A stretch of DNA of 64,000 bases from Gracilinanus agilis (GCF_016433145.1 NC_058131.1:479957186-480021185), one strand, 5' to 3'; shown: positions 38,340 to 50,400, numbered from the stretch's first letter. A program made the numbers and translations. Notes: generated from the sequence alone by a model not told the origin.

Positions 38340-41306
38340 ATAAATGTTTACCGACTAACTGTAGATAGTGAAGTCCTCTATATGTGCCTCTTGATGCATG
38401 GTATATTGATTACATCAAGCCCCAGAGCATTGCAGAGCTTCTAAATAAGATACATAAATATCTGAAAGAATTCTAACTTTTCACGTGTAAAAACCAAAAT
38501 GGATGAAGAATGCATGTTACCCAGATTATAGTATGCAGTTAGAGAGCAAATCCTTCTGTATATCTCTTTCTGGGATAGGCATTGGAGATAGACTGAGAAA
38601 CAGGTCCAGAATTGTATAGAAGTTATCCTTTTATAGGTGAATGAATAGGTGGAATTCATTGCTTTGGGAAATTTTAGAGTCCTTTAAAGACTCCAAACAT
38701 CTCCTTGACACAAAGACTCATCTTTTAACATTAATATCTTTTAGTGATGATACATAACTGAGAATCAGAGAATGACGAACTTCAGAAAATTAAAATTTTG
38801 TGTCACCAAAAATGCAACAGAGAAATAGAATAAGGATGTTATCAGAAAGCTATATGAGCAGAAAAAGAGGGTAGGCCAAGAATGGTTAGACCTTAGATTG
38901 GAGTTGTACAGGGTAAGGATGAAAGGATGGTTTGTTATCTGCATTATTAAAGGGAATACATACAACAATGAGATCACAAGACCATTAAAATAAATGCACA
39001 ATGATTGTGAAGTACCTTGAAATGTTTAGAAAAGAAAAAATCTTCAGCCTGCATTCTTCTGAGTTTATTCAGTCTATATCAACAGCTGAAACACCATGAA
39101 CACCATGAAATTGTATTCCAACAAACTCTCTAGATGAGACCACATTCAGTTCATGGTACTTTTCTACTTTAGGTAGTCAGTAATCCTGACCCCCAGCTCC
39201 TCTTCATGGCTTAAAGATTCTTAGTCACTTGAATCAACTGTCCTATAACAGTAGTTTTTTCTTCTGCAGCCTGAAAGCAGATCAGAAGGTGTTGAAGAAT
39301 CTCATTTGTTAGGATGTTTATAGTATTACTATGCTACACAGAGGTGAGAACTTTCTCTCTCCCTGTGAAGAATCTGCATTTAAAAGATAACTTTATTTTT
39401 CTCTTGCTTGTTTTAATCACCAGTTAAGGAGGAGCACCTCCCCCCAAAACATTTCTACTAATTCTTTTTTATCTATTTATTTACTGCCTAGTATGTAGTT
39501 GTTGTTACTTAGTGGCCACCTTTCTTTCTTGGCATGGACAAGTCTTCCAAGTTTCAAAAAGTTTTTTAGAAGAGTAGCCAAATGCTATAAAATTGACAAA
39601 TGCCATTACCACTCCAAAGAAATCTTCTCTGTGACTGGTCACTATGGCATCATTTTAGGACACAGATTTGAACTGAATAAGATTTCTGAATCTCCTTTTT
39701 GACTTCCAGCTATAAATTGCCCTCCAGTAGAGCTCAAGAGAGGACAGCTTCCAGGTTCTGTCCTTATGACACAGTATTTGATCTTCTATTACAAATAGTG
39801 TTTCACAAATGCAAGTCATCCCCACTGCCATTTTCTTTGTTTTTTTTTTTTTTTCTTACTGCCCATATGTGTTTTAGTATATTTGGCTATGTTGTTCTTA
39901 GAGATGTAGGAGAACCATTGGCAGGAGATCTTTTCTATCTTCATTGCATTTTTCTTGTTATTTTGTAACATAGGAAGGAGTATCAGGAACAGTAGTTTTC
40001 ATTTGGGATTGAAAACCAAATGTCATGTCTCTATTTGATTAAAAAGTTACTTAACCTTTAAATTGTTCCCTCCGTAAAGATCCAGTGGAATTATGCTAGG
40101 CAGCTGCCTAGAAGTTAAAATCTGGAAAATCTTTGTAATGAAACCCATATGTCATGGGGAAAAGATGCAAAGCCCTGGCAGAGTGGGCTGATCTTACAAG
40201 AGATTCTGTACCCAATCTTGTTAACCAGGGCGACTGCTGGTAATCCCTCATTCCCTCACTTGTAAGAAATCAATCTATACCACTGAATCTTTTTCAACCA
40301 GCCGCCACAAAATTTACTGCAGAAAGCAGTTTGGGGACAGTCATCGTGGAAAAGGAGCCAAAGGCAAGGCTAAATGCAGGATTGCAGGATTGGAAGTTCT
40401 AAAGAAGAGACTATATTAAAACTTGTTCCTCCCTCTCAGCAAGAAGAGATAGAGTCCTCCCTGCAGCCCTGACCTTTTTAGGTAGATACTTTCAAAATTG
40501 GGTTTGGAGATCATAGTCCCATCAATTCAACTGGCATAAAAATCCCAATTATTTACAGCCATAGTGATTCCAAGTCTTTGTGTGTATGGAAGTCCTAGGG
40601 TAACTGCTAAGGAAGTAATAAGATTAATCCAAATTTGGTTATAATTTACCCATTCATCATTTCAAAATAGTATATAGCCAAGAAGCGTTTCCTACATCAA
40701 TTGGAATAGATCATTTATTAACCCTATGGAGACTGTATCTCTTGCTGATTTCTCATTTTGCAATATGTGCACTGCAGCTACAAAGTTCTGTAAATCATGA
40801 TTTGACATGGGAGGGTCATGTTTCTGTTCTTCACAGCACAGATTGTAGCATCTGCAGATTGACATATCCTCTGGCCACAGTCATTACAATGTGGTGGTAG
40901 TGTTTCCTTCAGATTCCTAATTCTCTGACCAGAAAGTCTAGAATCATAAATGTATGATTAAAAAGGTCAATTAATGGTGCCAGACAAGACTGGTTTGTTT
41001 AGGAGTATTGTGGTACTTTGACTTGCTTGTGCTATAGCACAAAAGGAAAAGTAGGGATTGAGAGAGAACCTGAAAAAAGCCAAGCTTAGGAGGAAGTAAC
41101 CTTGCCCTACCTTACAGAACCAGAAATACATTTTAGCTATAACTTTTGAAAACCTGAAAGAGAGAGAGGAGCTAAACAGGAATAATAGAGACATTTTATA
41201 AAAATTCAGTACTATTTTCATTTCTACATGGAAAAAAAATTTGGGGACCTTGTTGGGAGATTTTTAGTGATATGTACTTAAAAATAAAAGCCTCCTGGTG
41301 TGTAGA

Positions 41307-41364
41307 GTGTGTGTGTGTGTGCGCATGTGTGTGTGTGTGCATGTGTATGTGTGTGTATGTGTGT
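41307..41364. repeat. Interrupted (TG)n alternating purine-pyrimidine tract
   Basis: Direct reading. Confidence 0.9.
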
Positions 41365-42599
41365 AAAAGAAGAATACAGAAAAGCAGAAGGCTGTCTCTT
41401 GCTCCTAATGGGATTTTGTAGCAGCATGTGTGTTTGTTTCAGAAGTCAGAAATGAACAGATGTTGGTATAAATTACCTCTGTGTCTGATGTCTTGCAAAT
41501 TAAAAGCGCGGTTGGCATCACTAAACAATTTCCCCAGGTTGGGGGGTGGCATTTAGCGGGTGGTGATTATTGTAGCAGGTCGGTAAGAATCTTTAAGCTG
41601 CAGCAGAGCACGATAGCATGGATAAAGAAATGAGGAATAAAAGGAGAGGTCTGTGAATTAATCAGAAATGTTAACATCTCTGATGACAAGTGAACAGGAG
41701 GGCACGTGCTTTGGAGCAACCCCCAACCCACAGTAATTTCTCTCTGTGCACAGAAGGGGTTGGTGCTTGCAATCTGATTTATAGGGCACCAGCCCTCTTT
41801 TGGGGAGCGGAGGTGTCATGTATTCGTATATCTCCTATATGGGACTGGCAGGAGAGAAAACTTTCTCCTCTCCCAAGTAGATGATGTTTTTTGAATTGCT
41901 TCTACTTTTACAGTGGTGTCTGCCACTTCTGCAATTGGATTAGGTAGAAGGAAGGAGGAATGATTGAAGGTGAAAGGATCTGTTAAATTCAAGAAGTATA
42001 TGCTACTGGAAGAGGCTAGAAAGTTCATCTTTTTTTCTTCTTCTTTTAAACTCTTTTGATCTCTCAATTAGATTAAATCTTTGCTCATTGCGACATCTTA
42101 AAATATTGACAACCTTTCATTTTGGAAAGACTTTGGAGAATAGGCAAAGATCCAAGGGACATTGAAGCAAAAAGTGCAGCAGGGTGAGTGTGTAATTAGT
42201 GAGACCAGTGGCAGTGCTCCAGGCCTAAATGCTTTTGGTTGCAGGGATCTTAGCCAACTCTCAATTTCTGCATTGCCCCATGGCAACTTTCAAGAGCAGT
42301 TGAACCAGCTGTGCTCCAGAATCATTTATTCTATATGCTTTTCAAAAGTCCTCAAGCAGCACCCTAAGGCAGGCAGCCCAATAGACTGGGCCAGATTTTT
42401 TTCATCCCAAAAATCCAATTAGACTATCTGGGGGTTGGGGGTTAGGGGAAGCCAAGGCATATTTATGTGATGCCAAGCTTTCAGAATAAGTTTCTTTGGA
42501 ACTTCTGGAAACTGCTGATCTCATGTCATTATTGCTTTAATTCTGGGTTAAAGGCCTCTACTACTTTCCATCAATCCTCATCCATGTTGAAATGCAAGG

Positions 42600-43990
42600 C
42601 ATCTGAAGCTTGAAGATCTTGTGGGTAGAGCACCAGGCCTGGAGTCAGGAGGTCCTGGGTTCAAATCTGGTCTCATATACTTCCTAGCTATGTTATGTGG
42701 GCATGAGTAGCTGTTGCTTTTGAAATGGTCTACATTCTTAGACCATAAAAAGGAACTAACTCTGTCCCACTGAAAGATCTCTCCCTGATCTTTCTGCTAC
42801 CTAAAACTTAATGGAATTTCCTTCCCCAGGAAGAATGCTATCCTAAATTCTAGGACCTTCATAGAAAGAGATATGGGCTGAGCATTACAATGATTGTTCT
42901 CTTGGACTGAACCTTTCCCTCCTGTCTCCTAGTCGTTATGGAATTTTGTTTGTTAACTTTCTCTTGCCTGTACTTGTATATGAAAAACTTCCTAGCTGTG
43001 TCACCAGCCACATGTACAAATTATTTAATTTCTGAACCTCAATTTCCTCAACTGTAAAATGGAAGTATTAATAACTCCAGTAATTGTCATGATTAAAATT
43101 ATCTTGAGGCTGATTTTTCTTAGTTTTAAAATAATTTATTAATTGACTGGTCAAGACATCCTAATTGTGGTAATATGACTCTTTTGATCACCATAAGACA
43201 AGTAGAAACTTCTGGTTGAGGTTCATATACACATTTTTGGGAGCTCATTATTCAGCCTCTCCCTTGAACATCCCAAGACATCTTTAATTGGCGATAGCTA
43301 ATTAAGAGGTGGTCCATCAGACCCTCAAACCTTCTCTAAACTGTCAGGGGAACAGTCACATCCACAGGAAAAGAACTTGTCTCTTTAATTTGTTAACCAA
43401 ATTTTGTTAAAAAGGAAGACTTTATTTAGGATAACAAGGACAAAAAAAAATGCTGATAGTAAACTTAATGTTATCTCTGACCCAGATCCCAAACAGAGGA
43501 ATACACAGTAATTCTCCCTAATATCTAGGAATTAATATAATATATGAAAAATAAATTCTCACACTCCACAGGGTTGTGAAGATCAAATGTGTAATGTGTA
43601 TAAAGTATTTTACAAACCCTATATAAGTACCAGTAAATCTAGAAATAGAAGTGAAAATGCATTTTTCCAATAACTACATATAGAGATTCAGTAAAGAAGG
43701 AGTCTAGTACTGACAAATTCCTTATTCTTTAAGATGATTCTCATCCCCTAGTCAGAGCCAAACACCATTAGGAGCAATGAGCCAAGCAAACAATAACCTC
43801 TTTGCATCATGAGGTTATAAAATAATCAGAGACTTCTAAGGCCTTTTCCCACACTTAACATATGAGGCAACTAAGGTCCCAGGAGATGACTTTACAAGAT
43901 TACATGTAATAATCACAAATAGGATTTGAATCCAGCTCCTCTGACTCCAGTGTTAGTGCTTTCCCCTTTGTACCAAGCTGCTTCTTCTGG
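42600..43990. mobile_element. Cluster of SINE head, LTR-like pieces and MIR fragments
   Basis: SINE head at about 42620-42690; MIR cores at about 42990-43100, 43540-43640 and 43810-43990; the intervening LTR-like pieces are poorly resolved. Confidence 0.45.
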
Positions 43991-44887
43991 ATTCTGGGAC
44001 TTATCACTTTGTACTTTTCATCCATCCTGAAAACTATTGAATAAAATGACAATTAAACTATAGAAGATCTTTTCATACTACTTTGGACAAAAAGTACACA
44101 ACAAGAGGGCTTCTAAGTAATGGGTCTTGTAGTTGAGAACTGTTACACTTTCATTTCAAAGCCTCATGTGTAAGAAAGTAGCTGTATAAACTCTGTTGTG
44201 ACTACAGCACCAGAGATTGATAGTGCTGAAAGTCAGGGAGAGACACATAAACCCTGCCTGGCTATATTAAATATCTAGGAACTGACAATGCTAAGAGAGA
44301 GAAGACCAAAGCTCTATAAACTCTACTTTATTATATCATCCATAGATGAACTGCACTGAGGGAATATAAACTGGGTTATATTATAGCATCCAGCGACCAC
44401 TACTCCTGAGAGACGAAGGCAAATGATCTCGAATTTCGGTGGGAGATTATAAACATCCAGAGGCCAAAAGCCCAGAGAGGTTTCTCTAATATCAGTTGTA
44501 TCATAAGCAAGTCCCTTGAGATATGGAGAGTCTGTTAGATTATACCATTCATAAACTGATGATGTTGAATAAGGAAGACCATTTAATTACTATTGAAAAT
44601 TCCAGTGTGATTTTTTTTTTAAAGAGTAGAATAGGGTTGAGGAAAGCCTATGGGAATTTTTTCTGACCTTCTAAGCCCTCAGTAGTTATCTTACACCATA
44701 TAGGCTATAAACTGGATCCGTGCAAACCATTTTAGAATAACTTGGCCAGATTTTGGATGGCTGTTGGTTTTTTGGTATCAGAACTGAGGCCAGTTTTAAT
44801 GTTTGTCTTCTCTGATCCCATCCTTTATGGGATCCTATTACCAAGTGTAATGCTTACATTCTTCCTTCTTTCCTTTTATAATTTCAG

Positions 44888-44943
44888 CTAGAGAGATGAC
44901 TCGGGGAAAATTTCTCAACATTCTGGAGAAACCCAAGAAATAA
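44888..44943 (+). CDS. LIN52: LIN52 (DREAM/MuvB complex component), last coding exon
   Basis: Strong acceptor cttccttctttccttttataatttcag, then phase-1 CT AGA GAG ATG ACT CGG GGA AAA TTT CTC AAC ATT CTG GAG AAA CCC AAG AAA TAA = (S)REMTRGKFLNILEKPKK*, matching the mammalian LIN52 C-terminus as I recall it. Confidence 0.95.
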
Positions 44944-46164
44944 GCCACAGCTTGTGAACCAAGATATTTGATGGACCGTGAATGTTCTTCCTTCCAATAC
45001 AGACCTGACAGCCTCCCCACTGCTTCCTCAGGCCCAGTATGTCATCAGGAATGCACTTCTCTATCGCTTCTGTGGCTCTGCTTCTTGTTGCAGACATTGG
45101 TTGGGAGAGAAGGATCTGTTCTCCCGGAGGATAATCACTCACTGTTGTGCCATAAATATTTAGATATCAACGTTCTAAGCCTAGATCATCAGAAATCCTT
45201 CTGTTATTCTTAAGAGTGAAGTCCTACTACTCTATTCCATAGAAATGATTTAGAATCCATGTGGGACCTTACCTTATGATGCCCTCATTGTTTGATTTAG
45301 TGATTTATCAAGTCTAAACCATACTATTCAAATATGCTACATATTGGGTACAATCTTTAGTCATGTTGATCACTTAGATATGTTGTCTTTGATGAGAAAT
45401 GATGACTAACTGAGGTTTTGAAATTGGCCTATCTAGGATATTGTATCTATCCTGAAGTAGCCTAGTATGTTCTAGGTCCTACGCATCCATATCCTGAGAA
45501 GTAGGAGCTTCCCAAACACATCATCTGAATTGTAAAATTTCTTACTTCTCATTATAGTTTCATTCTCCATCATGGCACTTACACTTCCTTCCAACTCTAT
45601 TTCTTGGTAAGAGGTAGAGGGATAGGACATGGTGGTGGATTTGCTCTTCTAGCTTTAGTTGTAAGGTGAAAACTCCATGATAGGAGCATAAGCTATGATA
45701 TGATATGATATCATAGCTCCATATTCATCTCCCAGTATTCAACTATTAAAAGAGATAAAGAAAAATATTCCTTTTAGTTTATGAATAGCTAAGGCAGTTC
45801 AGCCCAAGCCTAGTTTAGTGAGCCCAAAGGCAGGAGAAAATAATGCTCTGAAAGGAGAACAATCTGAAAGGGTCAGAAGGTCAGAGAATAGAAGCCCTTG
45901 TTTAGCTTAAAGAAATGTAACTGTTTTCCTGGGCAGTTAGTAGCAATTGTCTTTGCATCCATATTTCTTCATCTATATTAAGATGTTTTGGCTATCTGAC
46001 ACAATCTTATATAAAGAAAAGATTTCCTGGTTGAAGTGCAACTGTTCCAAAGCTCTGTAACCAGATAGGTTATAGAGAATAGTAACCAGATAGGTTATAG
46101 AGAATAGGTTAAAACCTTTATTAAGTCTACATTTGGCCAGTGCTTGTATTATAATGTTTTGAGA

Positions 46165-46170
46165 AATAAA
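46165..46170 (+). terminator. Candidate proximal polyadenylation signal
   Basis: AATAAA followed by T-rich sequence. Confidence 0.35.
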
Positions 46171-47058
46171 TAAGTTTTCCTGAGCTCCAGTGGAATGTGA
46201 CCAGCCAAAACATTTGCGTGGTTATAGCAAGCTGTCTTTCTTTAAATTTGGAAAAATTTGCTGGTGTTCCTTGATCTTAGTTGTCTGTAACAGTGAGCAA
46301 AATTTTCTCAGATCATTAGAAGGGACACCATTTAAAAGACTTCTCTGTTCATGCCTTTTTTGATGCTTGTGTCCTATTTTCTGTAGAATTACTATTGAGT
46401 TTTCTCTCCAGTGAGTTTAAATGACTTAAAATAATTCTACCTAGTGAGGGCAGAAAGAAAAATGAAGAATGGGGAGAATCTTCTATTTGGTTGCTAGTTA
46501 GATTTGATTTAGAAACTAAAACTTTTGAAGTTTCATTTTTAAGTTAAATATATTGACATTCCTTTATCTCACTAAATGCGGTTGAGCTCTGTATATGTTA
46601 TATATGTGAGTGCGTGTACGCGTGTTACCTAGCTCTATGTATATGTATGTGTGTATATGTATATGTGTGTGCGTGACCCCAAATAATTGTCTTAATGTTA
46701 TATTCTTTGCTGTGTATTTTGGAGAATTGAAGACTTAGACAGAGTCAGTGCTTGGGAAATTAAGAAATATGAGTAATATTCGAATATATGCCTAGAACTC
46801 ATGATTGTAATCTGAAACTGTCATTGGTTCCCTGGACCACTTTTGGTCTTTTTTATTGTAGTTCCTTGTTCACAGCACTTAATTGTCCTTAACAATTAAG
46901 GCAAAGTAGATGCTTTAAAATTGCAATATTTATTGGTTTTGTCACCCTTAGAAATGTTAATGATGTATTTTTATATTGCTAATATAAGTCTTTGTACAGT
47001 GTATGTATGTACTTTACATGAGGACAGATTATAATTTATATATGGTGGTTGCTGTTGT

Positions 47059-47064
47059 AATAAA
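47059..47064 (+). terminator. Candidate distal polyadenylation signal of LIN52
   Basis: AATAAA preceded by several TGTA motifs and followed by T/GT-rich sequence. Confidence 0.6.
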
Positions 47065-47619
47065 TGTATCTCATTTTATAGTAGGGCATGGAGTTTTTCT
47101 AAAAATTCCAAGTTACTTATTTAAACCCTAGCCATCATTAGAAAGCTCTGCATTTAATATTAAAGAACCCAGTTATTGTATTGGGATATATTAAGTATCT
47201 AGAAATGGCTTTAAGCTCCTTGGAGAATTCAACTGTTCTTTAAATATGAGATACTACTATAATATAGTGGAATTTTAAATAGACTATTTTAAAGCAAATA
47301 ATCCAGGGATGGGTATCTTCATTCATTCATTAACCTACTGCTAAACAATGGTCAATGGCAAATTGAAATCGAACCCTGCCTCTTCATCCTGGATTAGTGC
47401 AGATTTGCACAGGCAGCCCACTGTAGTAGTATTTTTCTGGACTCTTTTCAACATTAGTACCTAGGTCCAACACTAGACAAGATTGTGAAGTAGATAATTT
47501 GTCTTTGACACATACAAGCCCTTCCCTTTCAGCACCTTTCACTTCCCCCAAGTGCTCTCCTACTGTTCCATGGCTACCCAGAGAGCCCTTTCTGATTACT
47601 GTGTCTCTCCTAGGCCTGC

Positions 47620-47800
47620 CCTCCCTTATAACTTATATTTGTCATTTGTGGATTTGTCATTGCCCCCTGTGAGACTATAAAGCTCCTCCAGGTCAGGAAT
47701 TGTATTTTTTTTGTATTGTTTTTATCTTTGTATCCTAGTGCCTAGCACAATGCACCAAACATAAAGTGTTTAATAAATGTTTATTGAACTGAATGATACT
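47620..47800 (+). mobile_element. L2 3' end
   Basis: gagactataaagctcctccaggtcagg...gtatcctagtgcctagcacaatg...taataaatgtttattgaa. Confidence 0.75.
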
Positions 47801-47887
47801 CTATGAACTGGATCTTTTCTTCTCCCTTTCATTCTTATCTTCCATCTAACTCCCAGTCAGAACTTAACCACCATACTACATTCCCTC

Positions 47888-48164
47888 TGTGCAGTTGGAA
47901 AATTTGCCACACCTGAGCTACATTCCCAGGATCCTTTTAAGTACATCCTCATTTGACATATGGAGGTTTGGAAGATAAATTTGACTGAGACCCATGCTGT
48001 GGGCTCTTTTGGGGCTTTGCTTTGGTTAAAGTATGGCAGGTGTGGGTCTCTGGCTCTGTGCTCTGTTCACTTGGCTGAAGGAATCCCTTTCCCTCTCATT
48101 TTTTGTTATAATTAAATTCTTTAATTTAAAATATCAGGAGTATTTATTCATTTTTACTCCTACA
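47888..48164 (+). mobile_element. 5' LTR (277 bp)
   Basis: tgtgcag...ctcctaca; aligns end to end with 56640-56896; ATTAAA at 48111-48116. Confidence 0.95.
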
Positions 48165-48169
48165 ATTTT

Positions 48170-48188
48170 TGGCGTCTACGAAAGGACT
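48170..48188 (+). promoter_or_regulatory. Primer binding site, tRNA-Arg-like
   Basis: tggcgtctacgaaaggact, 16/19 identical to TGGCGACCACGAAGGGACT (recalled tRNA-Arg(TCG) complement, the ERV9-type PBS). Confidence 0.75.
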
Positions 48189-48392
48189 GAATTTCTTCTC
48201 CTGCCATGGTCTCCCCTCTCCCTGCTCCCTTCTCCCATCTCCCTTCTCCCTCTGGGAAACCTTTCAGAGCTTTCCCAAACTCATTGCCTACAACTGCCCA
48301 TCAGGAGAGCCACGTAGCCGGGTCTCTCCCGTGCAGAGGCTGTTTCCGCTAACTCTTTCTGCTACTGCTGCTGCTGCTTGCTGTTACTGCTA

Positions 48393-48401
48393 CTGGTAAG
48401 C
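48393..48401 (+). promoter_or_regulatory. Candidate major splice donor in the proviral leader
   Basis: CTG|GTAAGC about 230 nt after the 5' LTR. Confidence 0.55.
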
Positions 48402-48778
48402 TTTAAACTCCCTGCCCCCAATCCAAGCCCAGAGGAGAGGGATCCTTTTTTTCCTTACCGGGCAGCTGGTCCTCCCTCCAAACTAAATCCTTTTTCACCC
48501 ACCCCAGCTTGCTTCCTATACTTTCTTTTAGCTAAAATCTTTTCCCACTTCAGCTAAGAAGTATCCTTGCCCCTAAAACCAGCCCAAAATTCTTGCCTTG
48601 AAAACCTCCTCAACCCTGCCTTTATAGCCAGGTTCTCCATACTCCCACTTGGATTTTGCCCCCTCCCGTTGCCTCTTCACCACTAGAGGCCATTATTGAG
48701 CACTCAGTTTTGCTTCTTGTTGAACTGCAATGGCTGCTTTTCTTTTTCTGTATTTTTCTAAATATAACGCCAAACATC

Positions 48779-50400
48779 ATGATTACTACTTTACAAGAAA
48801 CCTTTTTGGCTTTCATTCAATTGGGAACCTTTAAGTTTTCAGAATACCTCCTTCTCTATGTTGCTAGGGAATTTTCTTTATCAATTCCTAAATATTAAGG
48901 CACAAAAACTTATCATACAGAAAATGCAAGCTAAAATGAAAGCCGACATTCAAATTCAATCGGACAATTCTAACACTCCTTAAATGATCCAGTGGCAATA
49001 GTCGATTCCATCCAAGATATATCCAATTTTTCCAAGCCTATTCCTGAACTACTGAAAGAAATTGATACTGAAATAGACACAGAAGACCCTCTCCTAAGTC
49101 TCAGATGGAAAGCCACCTCTCGTATTGAGCAACTCCTGGCTAATCTCTCCCCTGCTCCTTCTCCTGATGCCCTGTCCTGCCCTGTCCCTTCTCCCACTCC
49201 ACGACCAACCCCAAGAAAACCTCATCCTCCCACCATACAAGCTCCTACCTGTACTACCTCATTATCCACAGACACCTCATATGAAACCATGACCACTGAC
49301 CAATTTCAATTCTTATGAAGGCCTTTCCCTGTAAGGGAAGTGCCCACAGTACTACAAAATGGGGATGTGTTAAAAGTTAAAACAACATAGGCCTTTCACA
49401 CCCCAGGATATAAAAGAATTTAAATGCGATGTTCCTAGTTATGAAGTTGAACCTATCCTGGTAACAAAAAAGAATGCCAATATATTCTTTCCTTTTGATC
49501 CATCTTATAAAGATGTTGAACTATTGCTCCATGCGTTTTTAACAGAATATGAGAGGGATAAGATCATCTCTCATATTAATAAAGCCTGAGGGTGCAATGC
49601 AGCACACTGGCCACCTGTGGGTCTTCATTGGGACTATAATGATCACAATGAATACATGGAACTACATCATGCTAGGGACGCCGTTCTAAGAGCAATGCGG
49701 GAATGCTCCAAAAGGCTGGATGTGTCTACTAAATTCGAATGCCTTAAACAATCCGATGTTGAGACACCCTCCCAATTTCTGGATAGGCTCATTGAGCTGG
49801 GAGTTAAGCACCTAGACCTTGATATTTCTATGGAAAGAGTTATCAGACATATAAAATGACACTTTGTCAACAATTGTTGCAGAGTAGACCAAGCTTATTT
49901 TAAAACACATTGCCCAAAATGGCCTGAAATATATATTGATGAGTTGAGGCAAATTGCTGCATATGTTTTTAAAGACAATAAAGAAAAACAATCAGAAACT
50001 AATGATTTACTAGAAAAGATCCAGAAAGAATTAAAATATTTAACTAACAGAATTAATAAACAAGAAAAAGGTCATGATACTCAACCAGTGGCACTTGCCT
50101 CTCTCCAAGAACCTAACTATCAATCCTTTACTTGCCATGATGAACTGTAGGAATTTCTTCCAGGCAATCGGAATTAAAACTTACTAGAACAATAATTTCA
50201 AAAACAACTATAGGAACTACAATAATAATTTCAGAAATTGTAGCTTTAAGAATGATTACAATTCTAGAAATTTAAACCAAATAACTGATAACTCAAACCA
50301 AATGACCCCTCAACAATATATCAAGTGGAGCTTGTCCCTGGATTACTCAGGGTGCTGATGCCTCTCAGTGGGGTGCCCAAGGAACTACCCAAAGGTTATG
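48779..50400 (+). pseudogene. gag: gag remnant (Pro-rich region, p30 capsid, degenerate NC)
   Basis: RPFPVREVP capsid start at 49319; FLTEYERDKII; HWDYN; MHR-like LKQSDVETPSQFLDRL; several stops and frameshifts; start position inferred. Confidence 0.85.

Larger units (their letters stand above)
44944..47085 (+). other. LIN52: LIN52 3' UTR (inferred)
   Basis: TE-free sequence after the stop codon, ending in a U/GU-rich block with AATAAA; exact 3' end not determined. Confidence 0.65.

Noticed and set aside
40150-40920. Protein-like minus-strand frame (…NDEWVNYNQIWINLITSLAVTLGLPYTQRLG…), considered as a possible endogenous non-retroviral virus element
   Set aside because: Several in-frame stops, and no similarity I could see to recalled bornavirus, filovirus or hepadnavirus proteins. 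A tBLASTx search would settle it.
41111-41154. Minus-strand exon-like segment (FSKVIAKMYFWFCK)
   Set aside because: Isolated, with no partner exons or recognisable protein on that strand.
44330-44580. About 85-codon stop-free minus-strand frame (LNGLPYSTSSVYEWYNLTDSPY…)
   Set aside because: No upstream start codon or good splice sites; a frame this long is expected by chance in 64 kb.
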